A stretch of 64,000 bases of DNA, taken from contig CAXXMV010000006.1 in NCBI GenBank assembly GCA_963662285.2, forward strand, positions 1,504,001-1,568,000, in the 5' to 3' direction. Shown here piece by piece: positions 39,931-49,403 of this stretch. The position numbers and the translations under genes were made by a program. Each line of letters starts with the position of its first letter. Positions within the stretch are counted from its first letter, which is position 1. The notes under the pieces are model-generated. The model did not search any database. It had not been told where the DNA came from and was given only the letters and a program-made list of their open reading frames with translations. Source of the DNA: a bacterium. Lineage in GTDB: Bacteria > Hinthialibacterota > Hinthialibacteria > Hinthialibacterales > Hinthialibacteraceae.

Positions 39931-40971
39931 ATGCGGTTATTTTGTTTTTATGGCGTAATCATATTTTTATCTCAAATCGTGCTGTTGACTCCAGGCCATG
40001 AATGCTTTGGCGCTGAATCTAATAAAATTGATAATTTAACCCTGGCTGACATGGTCGAGAAGACTTTGCAAAAACTTGATCCCATTATTGTTTTGTATAT
40101 CCAAAAGCGCGATCAGGATTTTCCCGGTAAGCCAAATAGTAAGTGGAAATCAGTTAATTTATTTGGTACTCAAGGAATAGGGTTGACGAATAGAACTGAT
40201 TTTATGGAAAACATTACACAAGATGAAATGGATAAGAATTTGCCAGTTCAAAGGCAAATTTCTTTAATCAAAAACGGTTTTAGTTATTCATTGAATACAT
40301 TGTTGAACCATGGTACTAAATCATCTAATCAAGTTTTGTATAATTTGATCGAATCGCAATGCATCAGTTCGTGGTTTAAACAACACTCTTTTACTTACTA
40401 TCCAGATTTAATTCGAAATAAATATGATGTTTATGTCGTACCAGAAAATTTAGAAATAATAAATAACAAAGTTACGATTGTCGTAAGATACCGTAATAGC
40501 AAATTATATGGAAAAGACAAGCGTAAGAAAATTACTTTTGATTTATTACGCGGAGCTCTTCTTGAAGCATATCATCTTGAACAACTAGATTTGAAAACTA
40601 ATAAATGGTATTTACGTCAAGCCTATGATGTTGTTGAATGGCAGAAATTGGACGATGGAACTGATTTTCCTAAAATATGTGAATATAGATTTCCTTCTTC
40701 AACAAAAAAAGGCCCTAGTAAGTTATTGACGACTAAATTAACTGTACTGCAAGTTAAGAGACCTAAGAATTTTGATCATATAGTGAGCGATTTTAGATTT
40801 ACTGTTGGATGTAAATATTACGATATTGATACCAAAACATTTCATGAAGTCGGGTCTGGTGAGAGGTTTGAGGAACTTAGAAATAAACCTACGAATTGCA
40901 CACTGGTTAAACGGGCGTTGGGGATGGAGTTAGAGGAATTTAATAAACTGTATGATGATTTGAAATGGTGA
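39931..40971 (+). CDS. AT-rich hypothetical secreted protein
   Basis: 346-aa ORF, AGGAG RBS, signal peptide, no recognised motif. Confidence 0.75.
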   Translation: MRLFCFYGVIIFLSQIVLLTPGHECFGAESNKIDNLTLADMVEKTLQKLDPIIVLYIQKRDQDFPGKPNSKWKSVNLFGTQGIGLTNRTDFMENITQDEMDKNLPVQRQISLIKNGFSYSLNTLLNHGTKSSNQVLYNLIESQCISSWFKQHSFTYYPDLIRNKYDVYVVPENLEIINNKVTIVVRYRNSKLYGKDKRKKITFDLLRGALLEAYHLEQLDLKTNKWYLRQAYDVVEWQKLDDGTDFPKICEYRFPSSTKKGPSKLLTTKLTVLQVKRPKNFDHIVSDFRFTVGCKYYDIDTKTFHEVGSGERFEELRNKPTNCTLVKRALGMELEEFNKLYDDLKW

Positions 40972-40987
40972 TGGATGGAAAGTTTAT

Positions 40988-41092
40988 GTCGTCCCCTCTC
41001 CCGCCGGGAGAGGGTCAGGGTGAGGGGGAGTTTTGAATTACTTATGTGGATGATGGTGGGCTACGCTTCGCTTTTAGCCCACCCTACGGATT
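40988..41092 (-). repeat. Composite REP unit, direct repeat of 39762-39860
   Basis: GTCGTCCCCTCTCCCG...AATTACTTA.GTGG.TGA.GGTGGGCTACGCTTCGCTTTTAGCCCACCCTACGG. Confidence 0.85.
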
Positions 41093-41223
41093 GATACGGG
41101 ATTGCTGTCACCCTATTGGATTTGATGGATTATTGATAGTATGGAAATATTATAATTAACAAATTATAGCAAATGAAAATTAAACAACCAATTGTTTCTA
41201 TAGAGTTTGGAAGGGGATTACTC

Positions 41224-41787
41224 ATGAAAAGAAGGTGGAATCAAACCGGATTTACATTATTGGAGTTGATGACGGTTGTTGCCATTATCGGGATATTGTC
41301 CGCCATTGCAATTCCTAATTTTATGAATGCCGCTATTCGGGCGAAAGTGGCGAAAGCAGAAGCTGATATAGAAAATATTGTCTGGTCTTTAGAGATGTAT
41401 TTCGTTGATTTCGATGAATATCCTACTAATCAAAAAACGGGTAAATCATTGCGTGGAGACCTGTCGCGCTTAACCACGCCGATTCCTTATATAAATGTTG
41501 TTCCTGAAGATGTCTTTCTTTCGCCTAACAGGTATGAGCGTAAGGAATATATCCAAGCCGTTCGTGATGGGAATCCAAATTACCGGTTTATCAATTTTCT
41601 GTCTACTGATGGAAACCGCGTATCATTAAAGCAGTTTGGTTTAGAGGGTTCAGCCAATTATGCTATGTATAGTTATGGTCCCGGTTTCAGTGCGGATTGC
41701 GACCCCATGATTCCCGCTACTTTCATAAAATATAATCCCAGTAATGGAACCACTTCTCATGGAGTAATTCTGAGTTTCGGCCCCTAA
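41224..41787 (+). CDS. GspG-like prepilin/pseudopilin
   Basis: G|FTLLELMTVVAIIGILSAIAIP, LEMYFVDFDEYP, C-terminal YNPSNGT.S.G. Confidence 0.9.
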   Translation: MKRRWNQTGFTLLELMTVVAIIGILSAIAIPNFMNAAIRAKVAKAEADIENIVWSLEMYFVDFDEYPTNQKTGKSLRGDLSRLTTPIPYINVVPEDVFLSPNRYERKEYIQAVRDGNPNYRFINFLSTDGNRVSLKQFGLEGSANYAMYSYGPGFSADCDPMIPATFIKYNPSNGTTSHGVILSFGP

Positions 41788-41842
41788 ACTGCAAGTTTAT
41801 CTCTAATTCATATTACTTATATAGAATGCCATAGGAACTATT

Positions 41843-42892
41843 ATGTCGAAATATAAATGGGATAACCTCATTCTTTTTGTGGAACAATTGGCCACCGCCT
41901 CGAAACTGCAATTGCCTTTGGATAAAACAATTGCATCAATGAGCCGTGAAGCCTTGGATAGCAAGTGGGGCAAGACTCAGGAGAGCGTTTCTGAGTTGGT
42001 GCGGCTTGGATCAACCTTGTCGGATGCAATGGATAATTATCCACAATATTTCCCTGGAACCATACGACGGTTGGTCAGGGTAGCAGAAGAGGGCAAAGTT
42101 CTAACCTGTATGCTCAGCAGTCTTAGCGGGTATTTGCAGTCGTCCCGAGAAGTACAGCACCGTCTTCAAAAATGCATGATTTATCCATTGATCGTATGGT
42201 CTTTGCTTTTGATAGATGTAGGAATACTGGTGGCTTATGTTTTTCCGAAGTTCATAAATCTGCAACAGGCTGCTGGGATGCAAGAGACTGATTTCACCTT
42301 GAGAATGCTAACCATTGGTCCAACGGCGTTGATTCTTATTGAAGGGTTATTTCTGCTAATTGCGTGGATTATGATCGGCTGGCTCAGCGCCGACCTGGAA
42401 GGGAAGCAATATACTGGCGGTAGGATCAACCGGGTAATCGCCTATATACCTTTTTTAGGCAATCTACATCGACATGCCAAGGCCGCCGAGGTTTGTGAAA
42501 TTCTGGGAATATTGATTGAAGGCGGTAGGGATGGGCGCGAGGCGGTCAGTATCGCCAGAGATGTTATTGATAACACGCCAATCCAAAAAGCCTTGAACGA
42601 AATTGACGCAGCTCTGCTTACTGGAGAACAGTATCAAGTGATTGACGATAAAAGCGTGATTCCCCCGACATCGCTTTGGATGATATCCGAGAGCAGTTCA
42701 TCACCGGAATTAGGCCAGGCGCTAAGAAGCATTGCGACGTGTCATCGCCGTCAGGTTGATATGCTATCGAGCATTCTACGTGAACTAATCGAACCGCTGT
42801 TGCTTTTTTCCATTGCGGTATTGGGTGGTATGACCATAGTCGCTTTTTACTTTGCGCTGTTTAAGATGACTGCTGGTTTTATGATGTTCTAA
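41843..42892 (+). CDS. Type II secretion/type IV pilus platform protein (GspF/PilC family)
   Basis: QLAT...LPL, G.TLSDAM...P.YFP, EEG.., MIYP, IPFLG, LIEP; two T2SSF repeats. Confidence 0.85.
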   Translation: MSKYKWDNLILFVEQLATASKLQLPLDKTIASMSREALDSKWGKTQESVSELVRLGSTLSDAMDNYPQYFPGTIRRLVRVAEEGKVLTCMLSSLSGYLQSSREVQHRLQKCMIYPLIVWSLLLIDVGILVAYVFPKFINLQQAAGMQETDFTLRMLTIGPTALILIEGLFLLIAWIMIGWLSADLEGKQYTGGRINRVIAYIPFLGNLHRHAKAAEVCEILGILIEGGRDGREAVSIARDVIDNTPIQKALNEIDAALLTGEQYQVIDDKSVIPPTSLWMISESSSSPELGQALRSIATCHRRQVDMLSSILRELIEPLLLFSIAVLGGMTIVAFYFALFKMTAGFMMF

Positions 42893-42901
42893 AAGGCATA
42901 A

Positions 42902-43945
42902 GTGATAAGAACCATGAATAAAGACCAATTAGATATAAAGATAAAAGTTCCGCTGTATCTCCGCGCCTTCAGGATAATAATGGCGTTGACTGTTTGTCTG
43001 GTGCTTATAGCAATATCGCTGGTAATCTTTACGTATTATCAAAGCAACTGGAAGAATATGGATTTTCTGACTTTTATGTATCCCATAATCATCCTGGTTT
43101 CTATAATCATTCTTCCACTTTGCGTTATTGCAGCAAATTACTTTTGCAATGATCATATTGTCCATATAAGCGTCTCGGTTTTATTGGGAATTATTATTTA
43201 TGTAGGGCTAATGGATTTACAAGAGACCTCGAGAGTTGGTTTGTATATTGGAATTGTTCTGGCAATTTATTTGAGTCTGTTTTTTGCTTTTTATAAAATG
43301 CCATTGATGATATTCATCCTCTTTACAATGATTATAGTGTTAGGTTTTGGTTGGCAAATTCTTCCACCGCTAATATCCATGATAGTTTTGGATATAAAGC
43401 CAAACCAATTATTTATGCCTTTTTTGTTTTCTTTTATCCTGTTAGCGGTCGGGGGAATGTTGATGGCCTGCGCATATCTACCCCGTGAAATTGAATGGAA
43501 AAGATATCTCTTTCCATACCGCAATAATTCTGTATTCTCAATTCACAAAAACAAAGATGGCGGGTTTACGCTGATTGAGGTGTTAATCGCAGTTGCCATA
43601 ATCGGGATACTTTCAGGAGGCGTGTTTCATTCATGGGCTTCTATAGTGCGTTCTCACAAACAGTTGCAGATACGCTCTCATGCATTGGAAATCATTAATT
43701 CTGAAATGAACGCATTGATGGCGACCGAGGCGGCGCTGGTTTATTCTGAAGAACCAAATGCGCTGCCCATAAATTTACAGGATTTCGTCTCGCCTTATAA
43801 ATTCACTGGAAACTACCTAATCAATAAGACTGATGATGCTGGAATTGTGAAAATCACAGTCAACTTATCGCATATCATAGAGAATCGCAGCGAGCGTAAC
43901 TTCAGATTGGTGGGCTACCGGCGTTTGGAGGTGAAGACGCCATGA
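42902..43945 (+). CDS. Six-TM membrane domain fused to an internal prepilin (GspI/PilV-like) domain
   Basis: Six hydrophobic segments, then KNKDGG|FTLIEVLIAVAIIG at about residue 221. Confidence 0.75.
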   Translation: MIRTMNKDQLDIKIKVPLYLRAFRIIMALTVCLVLIAISLVIFTYYQSNWKNMDFLTFMYPIIILVSIIILPLCVIAANYFCNDHIVHISVSVLLGIIIYVGLMDLQETSRVGLYIGIVLAIYLSLFFAFYKMPLMIFILFTMIIVLGFGWQILPPLISMIVLDIKPNQLFMPFLFSFILLAVGGMLMACAYLPREIEWKRYLFPYRNNSVFSIHKNKDGGFTLIEVLIAVAIIGILSGGVFHSWASIVRSHKQLQIRSHALEIINSEMNALMATEAALVYSEEPNALPINLQDFVSPYKFTGNYLINKTDDAGIVKITVNLSHIIENRSERNFRLVGYRRLEVKTP

Positions 43946-44436
43946 AACATTCCAAAAAGGGCTTCACCCTGATTGAGTTATTAATTGTTATTGCAATGTT
44001 GAGCATTATGTCTGGAGTTGTTACTAAAATGTGGATCGGCATGGAGAGAATGTCATCCGCCGTGCGCAGCAACATGAAATTCTCGTTTCAGGGACGCCGG
44101 ATTCTGGATCAATTCAGAAGCGACATCATGCAATCAACCCAAGTATCCCATTCTCCAGAAAATCTTATAACGCTGAACCAAGATATAAAGAACGGGCAAG
44201 AGCGTCAGTTGATATACCGTATGGATGGCCGCGAGTTGATTCGGGATACGGTAATAGGCGATAAGATAGCGCGGTCAATCAAAATAGCATCGCTTGATAA
44301 ACTAATGCTTGATATCGCTTTCAAGGATAACGGCGCGGTGCGTATAGAGTTAAGTCGTAAACCAAAGCAACTTCCCATGCAATTCAGGGATTGCCGTATG
44401 GCGACTTATGTCAGCGCATTGGGAGAAGATTTATGA
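43942..44436 (+). CDS. GspJ/PilW-like minor pseudopilin
   Basis: KKG|FTLIELLIVIAML...DI motif. Confidence 0.88.
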   Translation: MKHSKKGFTLIELLIVIAMLSIMSGVVTKMWIGMERMSSAVRSNMKFSFQGRRILDQFRSDIMQSTQVSHSPENLITLNQDIKNGQERQLIYRMDGRELIRDTVIGDKIARSIKIASLDKLMLDIAFKDNGAVRIELSRKPKQLPMQFRDCRMATYVSALGEDL

Positions 44437-44942
44437 GAGAAAATGATCCCAGACGGGGCGCTGCGCTTATACTTTATGTAATGTTTCTTACGGTTGTTGC
44501 GTTATTGATAATTACAGCAACAGTAAACCGGAATATCATGGCCTCGCGGGATCTGCACCGGGGATTTTATAAAATCCAGGCTGATTGGTTAGCCCACGGC
44601 GCTGTAGAACAGGCTCTGGCAGTAATAAAGAGTTCCGGGGATAACGTTACTCCGGTTAAACGTGATTTCAGCGAAACAGTCGCACCTGTGTTTGTGGGCG
44701 ACGATCCATTTGATAATAAAGAAGATACGTCCAGCGATCCTAGAATCATAACCGCCATATACAGTTATCAGATTAGTTCAGTTGGTGAAGATCTGCTTAA
44801 GCAGAATGAAACCAGGGGCTTTTTGGTATCAGCCCGATGCGATATACCCTATCGCTCAATCAAACTGACCAGCATCCAAACCCGGATATGCGCTTATTCT
44901 GAGGATCATGGGTGGAAGGTGCGTCCCCTGGTCAGTAAGTAA
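44433..44942 (+). CDS. GspK/PilX-like minor pseudopilin
   Basis: RRG|AALILYV (no E5), QA.WLA.GAVE.A motif. Confidence 0.75.
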   Translation: MRENDPRRGAALILYVMFLTVVALLIITATVNRNIMASRDLHRGFYKIQADWLAHGAVEQALAVIKSSGDNVTPVKRDFSETVAPVFVGDDPFDNKEDTSSDPRIITAIYSYQISSVGEDLLKQNETRGFLVSARCDIPYRSIKLTSIQTRICAYSEDHGWKVRPLVSK

Positions 44943-45082
44943 TTGATTTTGTTAATTACTCCTCATAACTAGCTCCTCTTACTTGCTTTTCGTTTACTTT
45001 CCCCTGCTGGGAATATTTTTCCAGTATATAATTGCAGCTGGTATGTTTTTCCCTATATTAAGAGTTTTTTTAGGATCGAATT

Positions 45083-46180
45083 ATGCAAATTGGAATTATT
45101 GGTTTACAAACATCAGGTAAGACGACGGTTTTTAATGCATTGACCCATGGTCATGCGGAGACATCGGTTTCCGGAGGAGATAAAGGCGCTAATCGTGGTA
45201 TTGCTAAGGTTCCAGATGAACGGATTGATGTTCTGGTCGAACTTCATAAACCCAAAAAGACGACCTATGCAACTGTTGAATTCACCGATGTTGCCGGGTT
45301 GACTAAAAGTTCGGGTGACGAGAAGGGCTTTAGCAATAAGTTTCTGGGCGATCTACGTGATATGGAAGCCCTTTTAATCGTAGTGCGCGTCTTTAATTCC
45401 GGTTCAGTACCCCATCCTGATGGTACGGTTGACGCCGCCCGCGACCTTGATGCCATACTGACAGAACTGATCTTAGCTGATATGACCATTATCGAGAATC
45501 GTCTGCCCCGTGTTGATGACGCCTGGAATAAACAGCCCGGCAAACGTAAAGAGTTGGAGAATGAGAAGGCAACCCTCCAACGTTTTATGCAGACCCTGGA
45601 AAATGATCAACCGATTATCGCTGCTGAACCTACCCTCGAAGAAGAGAATTTTTATATCCGGCCCTACGGGCTTTTGTCTGGCAAGCGTATGCTTTGCATG
45701 GCAAACATTTCCGATTTAACCGATGATGAGGAAAAGAGCGCTTTTGAGAAATTAAATCAGGCCGCAGAGCGTTGGAATATGCCGGTTGTTTCGATGAATG
45801 CACAATTGGAACAGGACTTGCTTGATTTCCCTGAAGAGGAACGTCTGGATTATTATCTGGAATCGGGTTTGGATGGTCCTTCCGGCGGGAAAGTGATCCA
45901 GGAATCATACCGGATACTTAAGCAGCACTCTTTCCTCACCAGTGGACCGGATGAGGTTCGCGCCTGGACTATTCCCATAGGAATGGTTGCTCAACAGGCC
46001 GCAGGAAAGATACATAGCGACATTGAGCGTGGATTTATCCGCGCTGAAGTTATAACTTTTGCAGATATGAAGGAAATGAAGACGGAAGAAGCCATTAAAA
46101 AAGCCGGGAAATTCAAACTGGAAGGCAAAGAATATGTCGTTCAGGATGGAGACATCATCAATTTCCGGTTTTCTGTGTAA
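45083..46180 (+). CDS. ychF: Ribosome-binding ATPase YchF
   Basis: GLQTSGKTTVFNALT, VPDER, DVAGL, EVRAWTI, AAGKIHSDIERGFIRAEV, EGKEYVVQDGDII. Confidence 0.95.
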   Translation: MQIGIIGLQTSGKTTVFNALTHGHAETSVSGGDKGANRGIAKVPDERIDVLVELHKPKKTTYATVEFTDVAGLTKSSGDEKGFSNKFLGDLRDMEALLIVVRVFNSGSVPHPDGTVDAARDLDAILTELILADMTIIENRLPRVDDAWNKQPGKRKELENEKATLQRFMQTLENDQPIIAAEPTLEEENFYIRPYGLLSGKRMLCMANISDLTDDEEKSAFEKLNQAAERWNMPVVSMNAQLEQDLLDFPEEERLDYYLESGLDGPSGGKVIQESYRILKQHSFLTSGPDEVRAWTIPIGMVAQQAAGKIHSDIERGFIRAEVITFADMKEMKTEEAIKKAGKFKLEGKEYVVQDGDIINFRFSV

Positions 46181-46260
46181 GACTCAAACATGATTTGATT
46201 GAATTGGCGGCTCAGGCCGCATGTCTTGCTGCATGATGGGAATGGCAAGCGTTTTTAGGG

Positions 46261-46312
46261 TTAGGGAGCGACTTTAATTCGCTCTGACGCCAATGGGGAA
46301 TTATTCGCCCCA
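46261..46312. repeat. Degenerate REP pair
   Basis: GAGCGACTTTAATTCGCTC and TGGGGAATTATTCGCCCCA hairpins with related loops. Confidence 0.45.
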
Positions 46313-46361
46313 TCTCCCGCTTTTTGGGGAATTGAATTATTGGTTGTGAAGGAGAGAGAAA

Positions 46362-47600
46362 ATGGTCGATCCCTTACTGGATCCGCTCGATACAATGCCG
46401 GTAGACAGGCCTACTCCACAGGTTATGCAGCGCTATAGAGACTCCACTCAAGCGACAGGCGAGACATTCGAGGATATACTCTCTAAAAAAATAGACCGGC
46501 AGCCGACTCCTGTTATGACGCCAGATGCTTTGCGGGTTCCTGAAATAAAAGCCAAACCTAAGAACAATATTTCTGTTCCTCAAGATAACCAACAAGTTCA
46601 ATCCGTCTCAAATAATCTAGCGGCGTCATCTAATCAGATCAAAAACGAATCAGTTACAGAAAAGTCCATAGCAGAACCAATCCAATATCCTGAATTGAAG
46701 CCTTCTGATATTCTGCCTATAAATCTATTGGATATTTTGAATTTACAGATAGGCAATAAAAATCCAGAGGAACAAAAGGCGCCAAAAGTTCAGGTTACGC
46801 AAGAAAAACAAGAAAAATCAGTTACTAAAGATGCAACTGATATTAGTCCTAAACAAACAAAATCCGAAATAGTGGATCATGATGCTCCTGTTTTAGATAC
46901 TCCAAAGCAAGACGCTGTACTTCAAGATACCACTTATATTATCCAAAGAGGCGATACTCTTTCTCATATCGTTTCATCCTCACTTAGAGAATCCGGTCAG
47001 GAGTTTTCCACTAGAGATGTTTATCAGTTGGTTAATTTATTGGCGGCTCACAACGGGATAGAGAATCCAGATAAGATTTACGCCGGTAATAAACTGGATT
47101 TAGAACCAATCTATTCAAGGCAATTCATTGCTCAAGAGAATAAAACACAGCATACCGCTCTGCCGGGCGAATTACAGCCTCCGGTAAACGGTTATATAAC
47201 TTCAGAGTATGGTATGCGGCAGCATCCCATTTCCAAGCAAGAGGATTTTCATAGTGGCATTGATATAGGCGTACCGATTGGAACGCCTATTACTCCGGTT
47301 AAGTCGGGTCAAGTCACTTTTACTGGTGAACAAAGTGGATATGGCCAGGTTGTGGAAATTGACCATAATGATGGGACGCGTTCGCTTTACGGGCATCTCT
47401 CTGATCTGATGGTTGAAAAAGGCGACATGATCGAAGCCAATGATGTCATCGCATTGTCTGGCGATACGGGACGTTCAACCGGCCCGCATTTGCATCTGGA
47501 AATCCACCAAGATGGTAGAACTATCGATCCTTTAACGGTTATTTCCCGTGATGAGATTGAAAATGGTCCACGTCAGATTGCACGCGGTGATATTAAATAA
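46362..47600 (+). CDS. LysM + M23 peptidase with low-complexity N-terminus
   Basis: YIIQRGDTL...NPDKIYAG LysM; HSGID and STGPHLHLE M23 motifs. Confidence 0.9.
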   Translation: MVDPLLDPLDTMPVDRPTPQVMQRYRDSTQATGETFEDILSKKIDRQPTPVMTPDALRVPEIKAKPKNNISVPQDNQQVQSVSNNLAASSNQIKNESVTEKSIAEPIQYPELKPSDILPINLLDILNLQIGNKNPEEQKAPKVQVTQEKQEKSVTKDATDISPKQTKSEIVDHDAPVLDTPKQDAVLQDTTYIIQRGDTLSHIVSSSLRESGQEFSTRDVYQLVNLLAAHNGIENPDKIYAGNKLDLEPIYSRQFIAQENKTQHTALPGELQPPVNGYITSEYGMRQHPISKQEDFHSGIDIGVPIGTPITPVKSGQVTFTGEQSGYGQVVEIDHNDGTRSLYGHLSDLMVEKGDMIEANDVIALSGDTGRSTGPHLHLEIHQDGRTIDPLTVISRDEIENGPRQIARGDIK

Positions 47601-47765
47601 AGCAGTAGATGTACCCCTAATTGCTTCCGGAACAATTTTTCTCCCCTCCCGAAATGAAAATTTTTATAAATAATCTATTGACAGTCTTTAGATATATAGT
47701 TAATATATAAACAATACATAAGCAAACGCTATTCTGTTTGGCGGAGAATCAGGGTAAAATTAATC

Positions 47766-48152
47766 ATGAATATCATAAAAACGGTTAAAGTGGTTCGATA
47801 TATCACGCATGGTTTAGGAGCGGCAATGCTGCTCTTGTTTTTTACTTTTCTGATCGGGGAGGGTATTCTGGGAAATGAAGGTCTTCCTCCAATATTTCGC
47901 CCGGAAACGATGGCTGTAGTCTTGATGTTGCTGGGATTAATGATTGCCTGGAAATGGCATGGAATGGGCGGCTTGCTGGTAATTACCGGCTATATCGTTT
48001 TTGCTGGTCTCAATGGGCGATTGTTGTTGAATACTCCATTTGCCGTGTTCCCTATAATTGGATTATCGTATGCCCTATGTTGGATATTTACCCGAACATC
48101 GAAACAAAATTGTTTGACTATTGAAATAAATGAAAAGTTGGAAAGGAGTTAA
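47766..48152 (+). CDS. Hypothetical 4-TM membrane protein
   Basis: Hydrophobic segments, GL.IAWKW...GG; TTGACA at 47678 upstream. Confidence 0.75.
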   Translation: MNIIKTVKVVRYITHGLGAAMLLLFFTFLIGEGILGNEGLPPIFRPETMAVVLMLLGLMIAWKWHGMGGLLVITGYIVFAGLNGRLLLNTPFAVFPIIGLSYALCWIFTRTSKQNCLTIEINEKLERS

Positions 48153-48156
48153 GAAA

Positions 48157-49248
48157 ATGACTGTCAATAATAAACGCAGAGGTCCATGGACTCACCGGTT
48201 TTTGATTTATCTATTCAGCACATTGCTTACTCTTTTGTTTGTCTGGCTTTTAGGATTCGTATTGTGGGATATAAGTAGAATCAAGGGGCCTGATTATCAA
48301 GCAATCGAAAAAGAGCAAATCGGGAAGAATGTATTTGATCAAATCTCTGAGTTGATAGAACAACGCAAGAGCATCGAATTACAAATAAAGAATCAACGCG
48401 AGATTCAAGCGATTCTCGAAACCAGCACCAATAATTCTCAACAAACCATGAATCAGCTGCTTGATATGCATAAGCATAATTTAGAGCAGGGAGTCAAACC
48501 CACCGAAGCCGAGCAGAATGCCCTGGCGGAGAGTGAAAAAATATTCCTGGATAATCAAAAAAACTTTCAGGAAGCCAATCGGAAGATCGCCTCTCTAAGT
48601 GAAAAATTGAGGTTGGTAGAAGATGAAATCAGCAGGCGGCAAGCCGAATTAAAGGAACTCCAAAAGCCGGTTAGAGAAATCTATAATGAATTGTATGCAA
48701 AACATCGTTTTAAGATTGCGTCTTTAAAACTTGGTTTTTTAATTCCACTTTTGTTTGTGGTTTCCTGGTTGGTTATTAAAAAGCGGGGTTTGGCTTATTC
48801 GCCTATTATATATTCGGCTTTTATCGCTGTTTTTTCACATACCGCTTTTGTAATGCACCAGCATTTTCCACGCGATTTCTTTAAGTATCTTGCTATTGGC
48901 GCCGCCATTATCATCGTATTGTGTTTCCTGATCCATTTGATCCGTATGATCGCCAAACCAAAACTGGATTGGCTCATAAAGCAATATAAAGAAGCTTATA
49001 TGAAACGTCTCTGTCCAGTCTGCTCTTACCCGATTGAACGGGGGCCGTTTAAGTATTTGGTCTTTCCTCTGAAATGGTCGGTGATGCGGGCGCCCAATCA
49101 TCAAGGTGAATATCCTGATGATGACAAACCTTATTCATGCCCGTCATGTGGAACGCAATTATACGAGAATTGCAAGGAATGCAATGCCATTCGACCTTCG
49201 CTGCTGCCTCATTGTCAATCGTGTGGAGCGGAGAAAACGTTTGAGTGA
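48157..49248 (+). CDS. Membrane protein with long coiled coil and C-terminal double zinc ribbon
   Basis: TM, about 140-aa coiled coil, 3 TM, then CPVC, CPSC, CKEC, CQSC. Confidence 0.8.
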   Translation: MTVNNKRRGPWTHRFLIYLFSTLLTLLFVWLLGFVLWDISRIKGPDYQAIEKEQIGKNVFDQISELIEQRKSIELQIKNQREIQAILETSTNNSQQTMNQLLDMHKHNLEQGVKPTEAEQNALAESEKIFLDNQKNFQEANRKIASLSEKLRLVEDEISRRQAELKELQKPVREIYNELYAKHRFKIASLKLGFLIPLLFVVSWLVIKKRGLAYSPIIYSAFIAVFSHTAFVMHQHFPRDFFKYLAIGAAIIIVLCFLIHLIRMIAKPKLDWLIKQYKEAYMKRLCPVCSYPIERGPFKYLVFPLKWSVMRAPNHQGEYPDDDKPYSCPSCGTQLYENCKECNAIRPSLLPHCQSCGAEKTFE

Positions 49249-49287
49249 TTTGATTGATTAGAAAAACGTTATACAATGTGATATGAT

Positions 49288-49321
49288 TAACAGGGAAGAG
49301 ATGTCTTCCCTGTTTTTGTTT
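49288..49321 (+). terminator. Intrinsic terminator
   Basis: AACAGGGAAGA-GATG-TCTTCCCTGTT followed by T-rich sequence. Confidence 0.75.
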
Positions 49322-49403
49322 GAAGACTTCGCTTTTCGGGTATATCCATGTAATAATGGCGAGTAATATTTATATGTTTTAGTCAGGTTTTGACATTATC
49401 AAT

